Positions 42,531 to 53,441 of a DNA stretch of 64,000 bases are shown here, piece by piece (the stretch's first letter is position 1; every line of letters starts with the position of its first letter). The DNA lies in the NCBI GenBank assembly GCA_963800785.1, contig CAWDCH010000016.1:98688-162687 (forward strand), written 5' to 3'. A program made the position numbers and the translations under genes. The notes under the pieces are model-generated. The model ran no database searches. It was not told the DNA's origin and saw only the letters and a program-made list of their open reading frames with translations. The DNA is from Vicinamibacteria bacterium (GTDB lineage Bacteria; Acidobacteriota; Vicinamibacteria; Vicinamibacterales; JAENWD01).

Positions 42531-43064
42531 TCAGTCGCGACCGACTCCTCTGGACAGCAACTTTCGCATAAAGACGCAGGGCATAGACTGTCCCGTAAGG
42601 AGGTCCGCCTCTCCTCGGCTAAGTTCTTCGAACCCGTTGACTTTGTAAAACTCGACACCGGCCAGCGACGCTTGAATCTGGAGCCTGCAGGCACCATGAG
42701 CACGAGCGTGATCTTCCGCATGCCGCAGGAGCAGAGTGCCGATCCCCCTCCGAGCCGCTCGGCCTCTGACATATACGGAGGCGCCGTCCTGCGCGTCGTC
42801 GACACGTTGCGTCGAGAATCCGAGCACGGTGAGTTCGCCATCGAGAGTGCCGGTCGCAACGAAGAATGCTTCGCCGCCGTCCATGGCTGTCACGTAGATG
42901 TCAGGACGTAGCCCAGCACTCCACGCCTCCACTACGTCGGCCGGATAGAACGCGGGCCCGAACGAACGAATGGAATCAAGGTGGGCAAGCGTGATGGCCT
43001 TTGCGTCAGCTGGTGTCGCAGGGCGAATGCAGACGTCACCTAGGTCATGAGGGTCGCCACCCAT
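42531..43064 (-). CDS. GNAT-family N-acetyltransferase
   Basis: The acetyl-CoA binding motif is VYVRGRAARRGIGTLLLRHAEDHARAHG, followed by FYKVNGFEE. Confidence 0.8.
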   Translation of the reverse strand: MGGDPHDLGDVCIRPATPADAKAITLAHLDSIRSFGPAFYPADVVEAWSAGLRPDIYVTAMDGGEAFFVATGTLDGELTVLGFSTQRVDDAQDGASVYVRGRAARRGIGTLLLRHAEDHARAHGACRLQIQASLAGVEFYKVNGFEELSRGEADLLTGQSMPCVFMRKLLSRGVGRD

Positions 43065-43338
43065 TGCAGCCTCCCGACCGATACGTGCCTAAATCACAAT
43101 ATCACCGGGCTCACGTCGAGGATTACTCCTGAGCAGTCGCCCAGTGTTTATCTATCCAGTCCCGGGGGGCGAGAAGCCCCTTCGTTTTCCGAGCCTCGCG
43201 TTGCGGTTAACTCCTCGGCGGTTGAACTCGGTTGGTCTTGTTTTGTGGCGTAGGCCGACGACCAATCCATAGTTGGTTGCGGCTTAGGGGTGCTCTCGGT
43301 GCGATCAACACCGGAGTGCCCCGCTCTAAAATCTCGCT

Positions 43339-43551
43339 CTATCTCGACGTGCTCCTCCTTTTCGTGGTTGACAGTGCCTTCCGCTCATTCAGCCACTGGC
43401 GGATAGCCCTTCGCGCACTCTCCGCGATTGGCACCCCGTCTCGAGTCCTGACGAGCTCCAGCCCCGCGACGAGATCGGGGTCCATGTAGATACTGACCAC
43501 CTTGCGCTTGCCGCTCTCGGGTGAACTTCGAGGCACAAGACTATCATACAC
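43339..43551 (-). CDS. ribbon-helix-helix (CopG/Arc-like) protein with basic tail, paralog of 11862-12056
   Basis: SIYMDPDLVAGLELVRTRDGVPIAESARRAIRQWLNERK aligns with the other RHH ORF. An AT-rich patch lies upstream. Confidence 0.6.
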   Translation of the reverse strand: MYDSLVPRSSPESGKRKVVSIYMDPDLVAGLELVRTRDGVPIAESARRAIRQWLNERKALSTTKRRSTSR

Positions 43552-43943
43552 ACGAACAATGAAACGTCAATATATTTGTCTTCGTTTGTATACCTTGCTG
43601 CATGTGTGCGACTCGTTGCCGGCGCAATGAAGTCTTCAGATTACCAAGCCGTTGCACTTCCGGAAGCCACTCGACGCGCAGTGGTTCGGCCATGGGCGCT
43701 CGGCAGCATCCCTGCCGCGACTCGTGCGTCGAACCGGAGTCGGTCAGCCTGTATTGAACCGCTGAAATGGGTGCGGAGCCCGCCTGAAAAACCGTCTACC
43801 AGTGCGGGAGCCACCTTGCCTGGGGTCCCAGACCCGTCGGTTGTTGTCTAAGCTGTGCCTCATCGCATCACTCTTGTGTCGCGTGTGTTGCGACGTACCA
43901 CCGACAACACGGTGTCGCCGGCAGTACGTCGCGCTCATCCTGA

Positions 43944-45050
43944 CTAGTCCTTGCTGACCGTCGTCTTTGTAGTCGCCGAGTTGTTGCTGCTGTTCAGGTC
44001 TTGCGTCGTCGCGGTGACCGTCACCGTGTCGGTCAGCACAGTTCCGGACGCTGCCGTCGCGGTGACGACGACGCTGATGGTCGCGGTCGCGCCCTTCGCG
44101 AGACTGCCGAGATTCACCGTCACGGTCCCGTTGCTGCCCAGCGCAGGTGCCGTCACGGTCCCCTGACTCGATGAGGCACTCGCAAATACGGTCCCGGCCG
44201 GAAGCGCGTTGGAGAGCACATTACCGCTCGCGGTGACCCTACCTGCGTTCGTCACCGTCATTGAGTACGTCAGCGTCCCGCCGGGTGATACCCTGACTGG
44301 CGCCGACAGCGTGATCCCAACATCTGCTGACGTCTGTCCACCGCCGCCGCCCGAAACGACGCTGTACGTCACGGTGAGGGTGGATGGATTACCGACGGGA
44401 TCGGCCGATGTCACCGTGAACGTCTTGGTTCCCGTAGACGACGTGTTGATTGGACTCCCGTTAGCGACCGGTCCCTGACACGAGGCCACCCCAGAGCCAC
44501 CATCGCCGCAGGCATAGCTGGCGCCGACGCTTGCGTTCAACTGATACGTGGCATTCGCCGCCGGTGACGTAAACGTGATCGTCGGCGGCTTCTTGTCCAC
44601 CTTGTTGCCGGTAATCGGACCGGCCGTGGTGCATTCGCCGACGGTGTTACACACCTGACGGCTGTTCGTGGCGGCATTGGCCGTCTCCGTCCCGATCGGC
44701 ACATTCGTTGTCAAGTTGAAGCTCGCGTCTGCTGCGTTCGCCAGCCCCGATTCGGGATCACTCGCCGTACACGCAATGGTGACGTCGCTGTTGTGCCAAG
44801 CGTCGTCCGCTCCACCGCACAACACTTGTGGGGGAGTCGCGTCTTGCGAATAGATCTCCGCGCTGGCCAAGGAGCCGCCGTAGAAACCGCCGCTGACGAC
44901 CACCCGGCCGTCTGACAGTCGAGTGGCTCTGAAGTGAGAGCGGGGAGTGCTCATCGGGGCCGTCGTCTTCGTCACGTCGTCGATCGACAGGGCGCGGATA
45001 AGGGTCCTCAGTTGGCCAGAGGACCAATTTGCGAACACCGCGGAGACCAC
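43944..45050 (-). pseudogene. N-terminally truncated surface protein (Kelch remnant, Ig-like/HYR-like segments, DUF11-type repeat)
   Basis: The Kelch-like ATRLSDGRVVVSGGFYGGSLASAEIY lies at the very N-terminus with no signal peptide. The C-terminal TLTYSMTVTNAGRVTASGNVLSNALPAG is DUF11-like. A transposase scrap lies upstream. Confidence 0.55.
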
Positions 45051-45317
45051 GTTCCCCTCTATTGTTCGCTTGCTCCAACCACAGTATTCCAGGACCTCCG
45101 CCGGTTTCTCTTGGGTTCGATTTTGCGCTAACCAACTCCGATAAGCTCCGCGTCGAAGTCGATCCGCCGCATCTACCCCCCATCACGAACGGCCGCGATT
45201 CCGCAGCCGCCGCGGTCTCGATCGCGAATCAGATCACTACAACGGCCATTGCCCTCACCGTTCGCTGCGCTTGACATCATCGCAGCGCTATGGCCAGCGC
45301 CGGAAGCATGGAGCGGC

Positions 45318-45380
45318 GGACAGGTCCAGCGGCGCGATCGACTTGGTGGTGTCATTGATGAGTACGCCGTTGCGGCATGA
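45318..45380 (+). pseudogene. C-terminal scrap of a transposase
   Basis: The translation is GQVQRRDRLGGVIDEYAVAA-stop, which resembles the extreme C-terminus of rve-type transposases. Only ~20 codons remain. Confidence 0.3.
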
Positions 45381-45424
45381 TCGGGTTTGTGAACCTTACA
45401 GGCCTTTCATGGATGTGTAGGTGA

Positions 45425-45841
45425 TCACAGAGCATCCGAGATGGCTTTGCAGATGAAGGGATCGCTCAGGTACCTCGCGATATGGTGCGCGTCGCTGCCG
45501 TTGTCGATGTCCAGCTTGTTGTCAATCCCGCTGGCGAACGTCGCAGCCGTCAAGCCTTTGCCCAAAGTAACGAAGTTGTCGCGATCGACCCCGTTGAGCC
45601 ACCGGTCAACGCCTTTCGGAACGCGCCGCGGCCGGCCGAGCGCTGACTGCACCGAGATGAGCGGCAGCGGGGATCCCAGGGTCACGTAGAGCGGCACCTG
45701 CTGCGGCTCGTTCACCGACCGCGGGCGCCTCTGCATGGACCAGAGGCTACGCGGCACAGATGAGCCAGTTGCGACGCTCGTCCCAGACAGCCCACCATCC
45801 CGTAACCCGCGCTGAATCAATCGTTTCCAGAGCAGGGTCAT
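45425..45841 (-). CDS. hypothetical protein, probably a gene fragment
   Basis: The C-terminal half looks protein-like (VPLYVTLGSPLPLISVQ...FVTLGKGLTAATF...GSDAHHIARYL). The N-terminal third is Arg-rich and doubtful. Confidence 0.3.
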   Translation of the reverse strand: MTLLWKRLIQRGLRDGGLSGTSVATGSSVPRSLWSMQRRPRSVNEPQQVPLYVTLGSPLPLISVQSALGRPRRVPKGVDRWLNGVDRDNFVTLGKGLTAATFASGIDNKLDIDNGSDAHHIARYLSDPFICKAISDAL

Positions 45842-46181
45842 TTAACCTTGGAACTCCGGATGTTCTCAGCGACGTGAGACACGCCGCCGGAGTAACGTGG
45901 CTCCTGCTCGACGCTGCGCCGTTTTGGAACTCATTGGCCATGCGTGTGGATGGCGGGCGATGGCGCGTCCAAGGTATCCGCCGATCAGGCCATAGAGCTG
46001 CGGGCGCGCACCATGTTGGTCAGAATACTGAACATGGCTTGCTCAGTTATCGGGTGGGCACGGTGGGTGATGTCTGTGAACGTTGGGAAGGAACGAACTT
46101 GTCGTACCGGGTGCGCGCAAAGAGAATCGCCACGATCGCCGCGAGAATTGCCACGGCCGCGTACCTGACAAGTCGCCGCGT

Positions 46182-46528
46182 TCAGGGGCGCGGCGCATTC
46201 GCCGGACGCGCCTCGGGTCTCGCGGTCACGGGCTCGACGAACCGATAACCCCTCCGCGGCACGGTCTCGATAAATCGAGCGCTCGAGCCCTTGTCGCCAA
46301 GAACCGTTCGGAGGCGGCTGACGACGACGTCAAGACTGTGGTCAAAGTGTACGTTTCTGTCGGGCCACAACGCGCGCTCGATCTCCTCACGAGTGATCAA
46401 CTCGCCGGGCCGCTGTAGCAGCAGACAGAGCAGGTCGATGGCCTGTCCGCTGAGCCTGACCGGCTGCCCTCCGGCCCTCAGGACCCTCCGCGATCGTCGA
46501 ACTCAAATTTTCCGAACGTCTTGACCAC
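46182..46528 (-). pseudogene. OmpR/CadC-type winged-helix DNA-binding domain gene, frameshifted and lacking any C-terminal sensor part
   Basis: GTG-VKTFGKFEFDDRGG is followed by a stop. The next frame continues VLRAGGQPVRLSGQAIDLLCLLLQRPGELITREEI...RLRTVLGD...IETVPRRGYRF. The frame switch is at ~46483. Confidence 0.6.
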
Positions 46529-46689
46529 GGCGGGCCCCGTTTCCAGCGGATCGCGGCTCAGATTCTACCTTCGTGACAGTTTGCGAGGAAGAATTGAGCG
46601 TTTGTGAGTTGAATCGGCGTGCGCCGGATGGTCCGATGCCAGGCACGGGATCGCTCGCGCTGAACGCGATCTCGCTTGGAGGGCGCACA

Positions 46690-47079
46690 ATGATCAGGCT
46701 TCCCAGGGCAGCGGTGTGGGCAGTGGCCCTCTTCCTGGCCGTGGCCTTTGTCGCGGTTGGAATTTCGAAGCTCGAAGGCGCCTCGGCCATGCGTTGGACC
46801 GAGAGGTTCCGGCATTGGGGTTACCCCGCGAACGCGCAGTATGTCGTCGGCATGTTCGAAATTCTCGGTGGTCTCGGTGTGTTGATTCCACGATGGAGAC
46901 GAACCGCTGCCCTGACGCTCGGCGCCCTCATGATCGGCGCGTTGTGCACGCATGTCGCTAACGCCGAATTCCCGCGCGTCATTCCACCGCTGGTCCTTGG
47001 CGGACTCGCGTTACTGATGTATTTGTCGCAGGGTCGGCCTCGAGCAGAACAGACGCCCGAACGCAGGAATGGAGTGTGA
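46690..47079 (+). CDS. DoxX-family membrane protein
   Basis: The internal start is MIRLPRAAVW. The motifs GISKLEG, FEILGGLGVLIP and ALMIGALCTH are typical of DoxX. Confidence 0.75.
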   Translation: MIRLPRAAVWAVALFLAVAFVAVGISKLEGASAMRWTERFRHWGYPANAQYVVGMFEILGGLGVLIPRWRRTAALTLGALMIGALCTHVANAEFPRVIPPLVLGGLALLMYLSQGRPRAEQTPERRNGV

Positions 47080-47370
47080 TGCCGTCACGGCTAGTCGCTA
47101 TCGAAACCCCACGATTGGCTGGCGCGCGCAACCGGTCATGCCGCATGGACGAGCCAGTTGCGGAAATCGTCCCAGACACCCCGCCAACATCCCTCGCTGC
47201 GCTCGGTCTGTTGATCGGGCTCGACATCTTGAGGCACACCGCCGAGACCTCTGGTCTCGGCGGTGTGCTCACGAGTCCCGGGCGTCACTGCGGGCGGCAA
47301 CGATCGATTCGATCTCGATAGACATTGGCGGTGCCCCGGGGGATAAAGTCGTCTGAGGTGATTCTTCCCT

Positions 47371-49785
47371 GTGAAGAGCCGACGCGACTTTATACGGTCT
47401 CTCCCGATTGCTGCCGCCGCACTTCACACCTCCGGGCCACTCGTTCCCAAGGCCCACGGCGCAGCCGGAGACGCGCAGATTGCCAACGAGTTCCTCACCG
47501 CGCGTTTCGATCCTGGCTCGGGCCAATTTCACGTTGATCGCAAGGACGGCACTCCGCTCCTCCGCAATGCCGTGGCCCGCGCCGCGTTTACTGATGCTGT
47601 ACGAGCGACCTCGGATCCCGAGTACGAGCGATCCAGTTCGGTCCGGCAATACCAGGATGCGCTAGGCAAGGGTCGCCAGCTATCAGGCCAGTGCGTCGAC
47701 CGTCGGAAACGGGTGGCATTCGAAGTCCGGCTGACGCTCTACGACGGCAGAAATGCGCTGGTCGTCGAGGTGATCTGTCGGAACACCTCGAGCAAGGGCG
47801 CGAGGCTCGCGCGGATAGAGCCTGTTCGAGCGGTGTTGGAAGAGGGCGCCGGCTGCGGTTGGGCGGGGGCCAGCAAGGCACTCACCAATGGGTACCTCTA
47901 CGCCGACCCGGGCCGGGTTGAAGAGTTAGGCGGCTCGAACCGGCACGCGATCACCAGCATGTGGAACATGGGCTTCCATCGCGGCGAGCGCGAGGAGGGC
48001 CTCGTTGTCGGCTATCTCGAAAACGAAGTGGCTGCCGGACGCATTGCCGCAGTGTACGACCACACGATGCGGCCATTGGCGCCGCACGACGGCATGTCGC
48101 TCGTGCTCGAGTCGCTTTACGACGCCGAATACGAGTTGAAGCCCGGCGACGGTGTGACGTCCGGACGCGTGATCTTCAACATCGCCTCTGATCCATTCGC
48201 GGCTCTCGAAACCTACGCGCAGGCGATCGCCAGCGTCCATCAGGTCCGCCTGAATCCCATCATCAACGGCTGGTGCAGTTGGTACTACTCGCACGAATAC
48301 ATCAGCGAAGACGAGGTACTTCGCAATGCCGAGTTCGCCGCACATGCGCTGAAGCCATACGGCTTGGAGTACGTGCAAGTCGATGCCGGCTGGTTTCGCA
48401 ACTACGGCGACTGGGAAGGCAATCAGAACTTTCCGCACGGCATGAAGTGGCTTGCGGAACGGATTCGCGAGTATGGCCTGCGTGCTGGACTGTGGCTTGC
48501 CCCGTACTGCATTGCCGAAGGCACGGAGATGTTCGCGCGACATCAGGACTGGCTCATCACTGATAGTGCGGGCAAACCGAAGCTGTGCGGGGGCGGCCTA
48601 CCGGGACCACAGGTCGGCGGGGGCTACGGCGTGCCAAGCTTGATGAAGAAAATTTACGGCCTGGACGTCACGCATCCCGGAGCCGCAGGTTGGCTCAGCG
48701 ATCTCTTCAAGAAAGTGGCCGATGACTGGGGCTACGACTTCATCAAGATTGACTTCGTCGAATGGACGATCCTGAGCGCCGATCGCTATCGCGACTCCGG
48801 CGTCAGCAAGGCTGCCGCCTATCGCAAGGGGTTCCGGATCATCCGCGACGCGGTGGGACCGACGCGCCACCTGCTCGATTGCGGGCCAATGAACCACACC
48901 GTCGGTCTACTGGATAGCGCGCGGATCGAAATGGACCTGCCTCGCCTCACGTGGGAACAGTACACGGCGAACTTCAACAGCAACGCCCCGGCCATGGCAA
49001 AGCGGTACTACTTCAACCGGAAGACCTGGATCAACGACGCCGATCATTTGGGCCTTGCGCTGCTGACCCTGCCTCAATCCCGGGCGGCGGCATCCATCAT
49101 CGCGCTGTCAGGCGGCACCATGATCTGCGGCGATCGCCTGGTCGACCTCGACCCTGACCGTCTCGAGATTCTGCGAAAGGTGTACCCCGCCTATGGTGTC
49201 GCGGCACGTCCCCTCGATCTCTTCGAAGCGGACCGTCCAGAGCGCTTCGAGCTTTCAGTCAGGACGACATTCGCAGCGTGGTCGGTCGTCGCGCTGTTCA
49301 ACTATGCCGACGCCACTATCGAGAAGACCCTTCCGCTGAACCGGCTGCGGCTTCCCGGCAGCCGGGGCTATGTGGCGTTCGAGTTCTGGAGCCAACGTCT
49401 GGCCGGGGAGTTCGATCGCGAACTAAAGGTTCGTGTCGAACCGCAGTCGGTCGCGCTGTTGAGCGTGCACCCGCAGACGGGAATCCCTCGCGTCGTTTCC
49501 ACTGACCGGCACTTTACACAAGGTGCGCTGGAGCTGGAGGACGTCGCCTGGGAAAGCCTGTCAAACACTCTCAGTGGTACTTCGCTCGGACCTCCGGGAA
49601 GCGCACACAACATCAGCGTCTATGTTCCGCAACAGTATCGATGGGACAACGAACGTCCCGAGTATTTCCAGGAGCACGGACAATACTCACTGAGGCAGAT
49701 CGGATCCGATATCCTGCGCGTCCGGGCACGATTCGATCGGGACGCCACGACGAAATGGCACGTGAAGTTCGCTCGAGTAAGCTAG
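47371..49785 (+). CDS. secreted glycoside hydrolase, alpha-galactosidase-like (GH36 clan)
   Basis: A Tat-like signal is present (SRRDFIRSLPIAAAAL). The catalytic-domain motifs are INGWCSWYY, YVQVDAGW and DFIKIDFVEW. Confidence 0.75.
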   Translation: MKSRRDFIRSLPIAAAALHTSGPLVPKAHGAAGDAQIANEFLTARFDPGSGQFHVDRKDGTPLLRNAVARAAFTDAVRATSDPEYERSSSVRQYQDALGKGRQLSGQCVDRRKRVAFEVRLTLYDGRNALVVEVICRNTSSKGARLARIEPVRAVLEEGAGCGWAGASKALTNGYLYADPGRVEELGGSNRHAITSMWNMGFHRGEREEGLVVGYLENEVAAGRIAAVYDHTMRPLAPHDGMSLVLESLYDAEYELKPGDGVTSGRVIFNIASDPFAALETYAQAIASVHQVRLNPIINGWCSWYYSHEYISEDEVLRNAEFAAHALKPYGLEYVQVDAGWFRNYGDWEGNQNFPHGMKWLAERIREYGLRAGLWLAPYCIAEGTEMFARHQDWLITDSAGKPKLCGGGLPGPQVGGGYGVPSLMKKIYGLDVTHPGAAGWLSDLFKKVADDWGYDFIKIDFVEWTILSADRYRDSGVSKAAAYRKGFRIIRDAVGPTRHLLDCGPMNHTVGLLDSARIEMDLPRLTWEQYTANFNSNAPAMAKRYYFNRKTWINDADHLGLALLTLPQSRAAASIIALSGGTMICGDRLVDLDPDRLEILRKVYPAYGVAARPLDLFEADRPERFELSVRTTFAAWSVVALFNYADATIEKTLPLNRLRLPGSRGYVAFEFWSQRLAGEFDRELKVRVEPQSVALLSVHPQTGIPRVVSTDRHFTQGALELEDVAWESLSNTLSGTSLGPPGSAHNISVYVPQQYRWDNERPEYFQEHGQYSLRQIGSDILRVRARFDRDATTKWHVKFARVS

Positions 49786-49810
49786 CCAGCAGCCGCGAGG
49801 CTTCTCGGGA

Positions 49811-50287
49811 GTGGTTATGCCTGCCAGGATGCGCTCGCGCACCGACGATGAGACGCGATTCCTGAACGTCGATGTCGACGTCTGGGGGAGAGCGAATCTG
49901 CAGCCGCTCGTGGCCGCGCTCGGTAACAATGTGCTCGTCCACTACGTTGGCGCGGAGGGCTCCGAACAGACTGCCCACTTCTCGCTCACGAGCGCGCACG
50001 GCAAGAGCGCAGACACGATCGTCCGGCAGCTGGTGGCGCTCATCGAGAAATTGCCACGCTCGGCGCGACAGCTTTGGAATCACGCGCGTGCAAGAGACCT
50101 CAACGTCGGCATTCAGGCCGGCGTCACGCCGTATAGCCACGAGATTGCATTCCACCAACGCACGCTCGACCTCGTGGCTCGCGTGCAGGGCAGAATCGTG
50201 ATCACGACCTACGCCGTCCCTGCACGAACCCCTCGAGCCATTCGCAACGCTTCAAAATCTCGCATCGCCCGAAAGCGACACGCATGA
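49811..50287 (+). CDS. hypothetical protein, DUF4279-like
   Basis: The 158-aa ORF has a pattern (LNVDVDVWG...HFSLTS...LNVGIQAG...RIVITTYA) that resembles DUF4279-type small beta-rich proteins. The assignment is by eye only. Confidence 0.4.
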   Translation: MVMPARMRSRTDDETRFLNVDVDVWGRANLQPLVAALGNNVLVHYVGAEGSEQTAHFSLTSAHGKSADTIVRQLVALIEKLPRSARQLWNHARARDLNVGIQAGVTPYSHEIAFHQRTLDLVARVQGRIVITTYAVPARTPRAIRNASKSRIARKRHA

Positions 50288-50763
50288 CAGACGACGAGAA
50301 GCTGACCAAGGTTTACGTGGATCTGCCGAACCACTGGGCCGCCGGCGGCGAATCCATGTGGGCGGTCGATCTCGGCGGCGACCTGTACGAGTTGCGCAAC
50401 ACGCCGTTTTACAGTTACGACCTGAACCTTCGTGACGTCGTCAGGGCGAGGGCGGGCTCGCCCGACGTGAAGCCCGAGGTCAGCGAAGTGGTTCGGCGCA
50501 GCGGCCACCGGACGCTGCGCGTGTTCTTCGAGGAAGCGCTTCCTGTCGATCGGCGCGTGCCGCTCCTCGAGTCGCTACGCGACCTTCTTGTCTCCGTCGA
50601 GGGGGCGACCGATGCCTTCTTTGCCCTTGATCTCGAGCCGGAGGCCGACATCACTCGCGTGCGACGGCAGCTGGACGAGTGGGAGCGAAACGGCTGGCTG
50701 GCGTACGAGACGTGCGAAGCGCGGGTGTCCGGCGGTTTCGACGACAGGCCACCCGAAGACTAG
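50284..50763 (+). CDS. DUF4265-domain protein
   Basis: The N-terminal GGESMWAVDLGGDLYELRNTPFYSYDLNLRDVV is typical of DUF4265. Its start overlaps the upstream stop (ATGA). Confidence 0.6.
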   Translation: MTDDEKLTKVYVDLPNHWAAGGESMWAVDLGGDLYELRNTPFYSYDLNLRDVVRARAGSPDVKPEVSEVVRRSGHRTLRVFFEEALPVDRRVPLLESLRDLLVSVEGATDAFFALDLEPEADITRVRRQLDEWERNGWLAYETCEARVSGGFDDRPPED

Positions 50764-50819
50764 CGGAGGGCGCGGGCCCAAAATCAGGGACGATCCTTGA
50801 CCATTCGCTCGAGCGCCCC

Positions 50820-51311
50820 TCAGTCGGGCGACACCCATTGCTTGGTGCGAGCAACCTCGTCGATCAGCTGCTCGAGCTCGGAGAGCCCTTCAGGGGCCCC
50901 GACGTAGTCTTCAATTCGCTTCGAGCGGCCCGCGCGGGTGATCGTCACGAATGTGGTCGGAAGGTCCGACACGATGGTCTGCGAGCCGTCTGGGTGCCGA
51001 ATTGCGAGGTACTGGTCCTTCAGGTCGAAGAAGCGAAGGCGATCGGCGCGCTCGAGAATCTCAGCGACGCGCTCGGTTGGAACCTTGTCCGTCCGCCTTC
51101 CGGTCACATGGACGAAATTCGTTCCGTCGTAAACGACGTTGCCCTTTGCGTCGATGCTTACGCTGTACACGGGACACTTGCCGAAGCAAGACGTCCGTTC
51201 CAGTGTGATCAACACATCGTCCGGCACCGACGGCGTCTGAGCGCGTGCGGTAGCAATCGGAAGGCAGGGAAACAGAGTGGCGGTTACGGCGAGTGCGAGC
51301 CCGAATCGCAT
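50820..51311 (-). CDS. secreted DUF6438-like protein
   Basis: A signal peptide from the internal MRFGLALAV is followed by ERTSCFGKCPVYSVSIDAKGNVVYDG. Confidence 0.55.
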   Translation of the reverse strand: MRFGLALAVTATLFPCLPIATARAQTPSVPDDVLITLERTSCFGKCPVYSVSIDAKGNVVYDGTNFVHVTGRRTDKVPTERVAEILERADRLRFFDLKDQYLAIRHPDGSQTIVSDLPTTFVTITRAGRSKRIEDYVGAPEGLSELEQLIDEVARTKQWVSPD

Positions 51312-51390
51312 GACGGACGGTGACACGCAACCACAACGGACACGGGAATGCAAGGCATTGGTGTCGGAGCGCAGCGCCGAGCAGCCCGGG

Positions 51391-52638
51391 TCAGTCCTCG
51401 GGCCGCTCGCCGGCGGGTGCCATCTTGACGAGGCGCGGTTGAAACCGCGCCAGCGGCTCGACGAGATCGCGTTGTGCGGCCATGACCTCGTCGATGTCTT
51501 TGTACGCCATCGGCACCTCGTCGAGTCCGGCGGAGAGCAGTGTCACGCCGCGCTCGCGGAGAAATTGGTGCGCGGCATTCCAGGTGAAGATCTGCTTGGC
51601 CTTCGTGCGGCTCATGCGACGCCCCGCGCCGTGTGCCGCGGAGTTCATGGAGGCGGCGACGCCCCTGCCGCGGACCACATAACCGGGCGTGCCCATCGAG
51701 CCGGGAATGATGCCAAGAACACCGCTGCCGGCCGGCGTCGCACCCTTCCGGTGAACGATGACGTCGTCTTCGGACCCATCGGGCAGCCGATGCCGCTCGC
51801 GCCAGGCGAAGTTGTGGTGGTTCTCGATGTCGACCAGCACCTCGACCCCGAGATTCCGCGCGATGTACTTGTGAATCAGCGCGTGGTTCGCTGCTGCATA
51901 ACGGCCCATCAACTCCATCGCCGCCCAGTACTCCTGGCCCGCGTTCGTCGACAGATCGAGCCATGCGAGATGCGCCAGCTCCTTCGGCAGCTCCGGGTGA
52001 AGGCGGCGAGCCAGACGGCTGTAGTGATCCGCGACCTGCGCTCCCGTTCCGCGGCTTCCCGAGTGGCTCAGAAGCGCGAGGTACGTCCCTGGGGCGATCC
52101 CGACAATCTCATTTTCCACCGTGAGCTCGCCGAACTCGACGAAGTGATTGCCGCTGCCACTTGTGCCGAGCTGCCCCCAGGCGCGGTCTTTCATTCTCGA
52201 CGTGACCGGCGTGACGTTCCAGTCCGCATCCATCACGTCGTGCCGCCGCTTCGACTGGAACGTCGCACCCACGCCGAATCGCGTCTCGCGTTGGAGCGCG
52301 CTGGTCAGGCGAGACGTCTGATCCGTCAGCGCGCTCAGCGGGAGATCGAGCACCGAGAGCTTCATTCGGCACGCGATGTCCACGCCCACGGCGTAGGGGA
52401 TTACCGCGTTCTTCGTGGCCAGAACGCCGCCAATCGGCAGCCCATAGCCGACGTGCGCGTCGGGCATCAGGGCGCCGGCAACGGCGACCGGGAGCTTGCA
52501 CGCGTTGACCATTTGGCGCACGGCGTCGGGCTCGAGTCCCTCCCCCCAAATCCGATAAGGGGCATCGTGTAACGGTGCGTCCGGTCGTGACACTCCCTGT
52601 GCAGCAGCGCTCGACGACTTATCGACTGGAGGCATCAT
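51391..52638 (-). CDS. rtcB: RtcB-family RNA 3'-phosphate ligase
   Basis: Motifs [21 protein letters not shown] and [10 protein letters not shown] are present. The protein is 415 aa. Confidence 0.9.
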   Translation of the reverse strand: MMPPVDKSSSAAAQGVSRPDAPLHDAPYRIWGEGLEPDAVRQMVNACKLPVAVAGALMPDAHVGYGLPIGGVLATKNAVIPYAVGVDIACRMKLSVLDLPLSALTDQTSRLTSALQRETRFGVGATFQSKRRHDVMDADWNVTPVTSRMKDRAWGQLGTSGSGNHFVEFGELTVENEIVGIAPGTYLALLSHSGSRGTGAQVADHYSRLARRLHPELPKELAHLAWLDLSTNAGQEYWAAMELMGRYAAANHALIHKYIARNLGVEVLVDIENHHNFAWRERHRLPDGSEDDVIVHRKGATPAGSGVLGIIPGSMGTPGYVVRGRGVAASMNSAAHGAGRRMSRTKAKQIFTWNAAHQFLRERGVTLLSAGLDEVPMAYKDIDEVMAAQRDLVEPLARFQPRLVKMAPAGERPED

Positions 52639-53380
52639 GACGGCTCGAATCGACGAAGTGGCACCAGATCTCTATCGCATTTCTTTGTATGTGCCTGACT
52701 TCGACCTGCAATTCAATCACTTTCTCATCAAAGATGACGAGCCCCTGTTGTTCCACACCGGGATGCGGGGGATGTTTCCCGTGGTGCGCGACGCGGTGGC
52801 CAGGGTGATCGACCCGGCCACCCTGCGGTGGATCAGCTGGAGTCATTTCGAGGTGGACGAGTGCGGCGCCCTGAACGAGTGGCTGGCCGTGGCGCCCCAG
52901 GCGACGCCGGTGTGCAGCGAGGTGGGGGCGATGGTCAACATCAACGATTTCTCGAACCGCCCGCCACGCGGCCTCAAGCCCGACGACGTGCTGAACACCG
53001 GACGCCATCGGTTCCGCTTCGTCCCGACCCCGCATCTGCCGCACGGCTGGGACGCGGGCGTGCTGTTCGAGGAGTCGGAGCGCGTTCTCCTCTGCTCGGA
53101 CCTCCTCCATCAGCTCGGCAACGTCGAACCGGTGACCTCCGACGATGTTGTCGAGCGCTATCGTCACGCGTTCGAAACCTACCAGCGATCGCCGGTGCTG
53201 ATGGACTACGTGCCGTATACCGACAACACGCGACGGCAACTGGCCACTTTGGCGGCGCTTCGGCCCCGCACTCTTGCCGCGATGCACGGCTCGACCTTTG
53301 TCGGCGACGGTGCGGCCGCATTGATGGCGAGCGCAGACGTCATCCAGCAGGTCTCGCGCGTGTCCGCGACAACTGCCTGA
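52637..53380 (+). CDS. MBL-fold (metallo-beta-lactamase-like/ODP-type) protein
   Basis: [32 protein letters not shown]...[12 protein letters not shown] resembles MBL-fold proteins with a degenerate HxHxDH motif. Confidence 0.5.
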   Translation: MTARIDEVAPDLYRISLYVPDFDLQFNHFLIKDDEPLLFHTGMRGMFPVVRDAVARVIDPATLRWISWSHFEVDECGALNEWLAVAPQATPVCSEVGAMVNINDFSNRPPRGLKPDDVLNTGRHRFRFVPTPHLPHGWDAGVLFEESERVLLCSDLLHQLGNVEPVTSDDVVERYRHAFETYQRSPVLMDYVPYTDNTRRQLATLAALRPRTLAAMHGSTFVGDGAAALMASADVIQQVSRVSATTA

Positions 53381-53441
53381 CTTGCGCGTCGCGGCGTTAT
53401 GGTTGACCGCTCGCGGCGACGGCTGGTACCGTCAGCCGCTG

